IMG/VR virus record: IMGVR_UViG_3300035070_003528
Location: 37,466-101,465 of that record
DNA length: 64,000 nt
DNA from: a virus
Reading direction: 5' to 3' (one strand)
Shown piece by piece: positions 60,937-64,000 of this stretch. The notes below the pieces were generated by a model, which saw only the letters and a list, made by a program, of their open reading frames with translations, did not search any database and was not told where the DNA came from. Every line of letters begins with the position of its first letter. The first letter of the stretch is position 1. The translations under genes were made by a program, and so were the position numbers.

Positions 60937-61770
60937 TCATCCATCCTGTATATCATACACCATATCATTTGGTGTCTTTTTGTAATATCCATGCTCTCGC
61001 AATATGTTGTCATAGTTGTAAACTGTTGTTCTTGACACGCCCAATGATTCAGCGAATGCCGACATATTCTTTAATGCGTTTTTATCCTGTCGTAATGCGG
61101 CTAGGAATTTACGATGTTTTGCACTGGGCTTGAACGGCCGTGGTTCAGGTGCAGGCGTTGATTTCGCTTCTGCGGCTACGGTACGCTGCTCTGGCATTGT
61201 TTTGGGCTTGTGACGACCAAGTAGACCTTTTTCCTCTAAAAACCGCTCTTGCGTCGTTCTAGAAGCCACAATCACTGCGCCGGGTATTGTCATGAAGCTG
61301 AGAATAAATATGCTGAACGATATTGCGATTGGCTCGAACAGGTAGGTAACAATACTTTGCGTATCACCGGCAACGACGGCCGTATATAATATCCCAATAT
61401 CAACTTTATCAACAAACGACAGTACCCCATTAACAAGCACAATAACCAGTAGATACATACCAAATGATAACACTGGGACAACTGGGCTAACTGAACCTTT
61501 TACTGTTGTTCCTGCGTACCGTTCCCGAAGATTACGAAATTCGATAAATGTGCTAATTGATGCAAAGCCAAGCACTTCGATTACGGCCGCGAACACCAGT
61601 GCCAGATACCACGGAACGCCCAGTATTCCCGACACATGCACATAGGCGAAATAAGCTGGAATGATGGCCGCAAACCACGGAACGATACCAGATGCAAAAT
61701 TAACTAAATAATATTCAGCCTCACCTCGTAACTGATCTGCGGCTTTAAGAAAATCTATTAGTTTTTTCAT
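60937..61770 (-). CDS. membrane protein with C-terminal HTH
   Basis: About 4 TM helices, a Pro-rich linker and AFAESLGVSRTTVYNY. Confidence 0.75.
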   Translation of the reverse strand: MKKLIDFLKAADQLRGEAEYYLVNFASGIVPWFAAIIPAYFAYVHVSGILGVPWYLALVFAAVIEVLGFASISTFIEFRNLRERYAGTTVKGSVSPVVPVLSFGMYLLVIVLVNGVLSFVDKVDIGILYTAVVAGDTQSIVTYLFEPIAISFSIFILSFMTIPGAVIVASRTTQERFLEEKGLLGRHKPKTMPEQRTVAAEAKSTPAPEPRPFKPSAKHRKFLAALRQDKNALKNMSAFAESLGVSRTTVYNYDNILREHGYYKKTPNDMVYDIQDG

Positions 61771-61776
61771 AAAAAA

Positions 61777-62913
61777 TTAGAATCTCATTGGAACAATACC
61801 AAATACGATATTATCATTATTACTGGGACGAACTAACATCCACATCTCATTACGATGAAGCGAAAAAACAATGTTGGGGGCAGACAATAGGTTTTTAAAT
61901 ATCAGCCCAATTTTCTTCACCGAATTCATATTAATAATCCAAGAGTTGGGGTCGCCACTGAATGGAATATGCAAATCAGCACTTTCTACATCGCCGTCTG
62001 CTGATTTTCCTGACAGAACAAGCATATCTTTTTCGTCGTCAAATGTAAACGATACGGCCGATATTGTGTAAATCTCGTTCTTGCCGCGATAATCAACTGT
62101 AGCGAACGCATTTAGCCTGTCCAATATCATGACTGTGTCTACGGTAGCCGAATTATCAGGGCGTACCTTTAGTTCCTCGATCATCTGCTTACCTGGGTAC
62201 GAATCTTGGTCTGCCATTAAAGGGCTGAATACAAAAAAGCTATAATTAAATAACCATGCTTTGCCATCAACAATGCGTAACATCGGACTCGTGTCCCAAT
62301 ACAATCGCAATGCGTATGTCATAAAATCTGCCGGAGCAAGAGCGTCTATAGGTGGGTGAGAGTTATTCTCGATAGAACTATATCCCATGATATATCCATC
62401 AACTGCGACCATCTCAACCCGTTCGCCGATACTGATGTACACACCAGATAGTTTTGGATTCATCTGCATAGATCCAGATACCGCAGCATTGCACACAGAC
62501 AATACGGATGAATAATTCTCAATCACAACCGCATCGGATTCAGATGGCATCTTTATGAACTTGCAGAACGAATAGTCCTCTTGGTATCTTAACGTAGTGC
62601 TATCTACCCCAACCGAGAATTTCAATGATGCGGTTGTGCTACTGATTTTAACCCGTTCGCCATTGAGGGAAACGGAAAGGAATTTATGCAGTTCACGGAG
62701 ATTGATGAATTTGTTGATAATGCTCTCATAGCCGTCATCAAGTTCACATAACCGTGCGCCGCCTAGTTTGGTTTGGAAACTCCCAGATATACACCAAATG
62801 GCATGATCTATTTCAACAAAAACTCCAGTCCCGTTTCCTTTGTGGCCTTCCCCGACCAGAGGTAGTACGGATTTTACTACGCTTCGTAATGCGTCAATTT
62901 GAACACTAAACAT
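61777..62913 (-). CDS. dnaN: DNA polymerase III beta sliding clamp-like protein
   Basis: 378 aa; LSGVYI...VAVDGY, YP linker and terminal IVPMRF. Confidence 0.75.
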   Translation of the reverse strand: MFSVQIDALRSVVKSVLPLVGEGHKGNGTGVFVEIDHAIWCISGSFQTKLGGARLCELDDGYESIINKFINLRELHKFLSVSLNGERVKISSTTASLKFSVGVDSTTLRYQEDYSFCKFIKMPSESDAVVIENYSSVLSVCNAAVSGSMQMNPKLSGVYISIGERVEMVAVDGYIMGYSSIENNSHPPIDALAPADFMTYALRLYWDTSPMLRIVDGKAWLFNYSFFVFSPLMADQDSYPGKQMIEELKVRPDNSATVDTVMILDRLNAFATVDYRGKNEIYTISAVSFTFDDEKDMLVLSGKSADGDVESADLHIPFSGDPNSWIINMNSVKKIGLIFKNLLSAPNIVFSLHRNEMWMLVRPSNNDNIVFGIVPMRF

Positions 62914-63723
62914 CTAATCCTCCATGTCGTCAATCATGTTTCTAATGGTTACATTATTTTGTCGTCCACCACGGCCGTTTACTGGAATATCTCTACCAAT
63001 AGGTCTCTGGCGCTGATTATTGGGTTGATTGCTTGGTTGATTCGGTCGGTGACGATTTTCTGGTTTGTTATTAGACGGAATCGGCAGATTCGATTCACGA
63101 CGATTTTGCGCATTGGGTTTACCCCGATTCCGGTCATTGCTCGGTCTATTTGACTGCGGTTTAGGAGAACCGCCAACAGCGCGACCTAGTCCACTAACCA
63201 TTTTTAACCATGCTGGTGGTTTTCCGCCCAATAGTGTAATCAATGCGGAGAGATTGTCAAAGAACGCACTGATGATGTGGCCTAATATTTCTTCCGCAAA
63301 TACAATGCCGATGTCTAGTAGAATACCACCGCCTACCAACAAACCTGTCAATACTTTTTGATATTCCTCATTCTGAAACCCACCAGTTGGTAATTCGCCA
63401 GCAGAAGCACGATCAAATCGCGCACCTACGTTAGTAAGTGCATCAAACCCACTTACAATCCAAAAGGCGGCAAGCCACCACATGCGCTGATTTTGTTCTT
63501 CTGGTGTATCGGCATTGAATGAACTAGCCATATACAAGAAAAACGTGGGCAGAAATTGAACAGCAATACCAGCCATTACGCCAAACGTTTTATCGACCAC
63601 AAGTAATTCTGTGAAGCGAATAGTTTGCCCCAAACTCCACACAAAACTACCGTAGGCGACCACGAACATCAGGACACCAATGACAATAAACCAAAACACT
63701 CTCTTAGCTGCGCTATCTCTCAT
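62914..63723 (-). CDS. membrane protein with an N/Q/P/R-rich disordered tail
   Basis: About 4 TM segments, a low-complexity C-terminus and an AGGAG RBS. Confidence 0.75.
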   Translation of the reverse strand: MRDSAAKRVFWFIVIGVLMFVVAYGSFVWSLGQTIRFTELLVVDKTFGVMAGIAVQFLPTFFLYMASSFNADTPEEQNQRMWWLAAFWIVSGFDALTNVGARFDRASAGELPTGGFQNEEYQKVLTGLLVGGGILLDIGIVFAEEILGHIISAFFDNLSALITLLGGKPPAWLKMVSGLGRAVGGSPKPQSNRPSNDRNRGKPNAQNRRESNLPIPSNNKPENRHRPNQPSNQPNNQRQRPIGRDIPVNGRGGRQNNVTIRNMIDDMED

Positions 63724-64000
63724 GTTATCTCCTGTGAAAAAATAACCACCATGCTATTAACATGGCGGCTAAACAAAACCAAATCGCGCCAAACAGCAAA
63801 AGCTCTCTATATTACACGCTCTCGTAAGTTCCTTTCACTTTTGCGAAACTTACATCATAATTTTCTTTTACTTCATTAAACGTTTCTACCGCACTACGGC
63901 CGTCTGCTTTCAGTCGCCCAATTTCGGCAATCAGTTCTTCATTAAAATTATCACCCAGCAACAACGCTAGTTTCTGATTGTTCTGCCACACTGCTCGTTG

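Larger units (their letters stand above)
5556..63903. repeat. dispersed palindromic octamer ACGGCCGT (at least 42 perfect copies)
   Basis: Counted by eye, e.g. at 5556, 6791, 7234, 20941, 27109, 28038, 28084, 29711, 34373, 34427, 34467, 40071, 54671 and 63896. Confidence 0.95.

Noticed and set aside
1-64000. Genome-wide TAG recoding
   Set aside because: Long genes (terL, portal, lysin, helicase, nrdJ) are intact in code 11, and TAG ends several genes at sensible positions.
1-64000. Integrated prophage boundary or host DNA
   Set aside because: No integrase, att site or host housekeeping genes were seen; phage-like gene organisation runs across the whole window.

Overview
This window is part of a large tailed dsDNA phage genome using genetic code 11, with no host housekeeping genes. 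From left to right it holds: (1) a minus-strand operon of terminase small and large subunits, portal and an HK97 gp10-like gene, followed by about six sugar-modifying genes, a GroES-like gene and an HslV-like gene; (2) a plus-strand arm with a C5 DNA methyltransferase broken by two free-standing homing endonucleases, a primase-like protein, an EAD-like death-fold protein, an 856-aa double-glycosidase lysin, and a small ubiquitin-like GG-ending protein beside a Cys-containing partner; (3) an AT-rich block of small early genes at 28.2-34.1 kb, bracketed by non-coding regions rich in inverted repeats; (4) a long minus-strand arm with an Rnl2-type RNA ligase, DenV, several HNH nucleases, a DinG-like helicase, three more methyltransferases, MazG-like, KTSC, a 1.5-kb cassette of tRNAs and tRNA-like RNAs, a class II ribonucleotide reductase, a PRTase and a beta-clamp. 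The palindrome ACGGCCGT is extremely over-represented, with at least 42 perfect copies counted by eye. The host is inferred, not shown, to be a Chloroflexota bacterium. All functional calls come from motif recognition by eye; no database searches were run.
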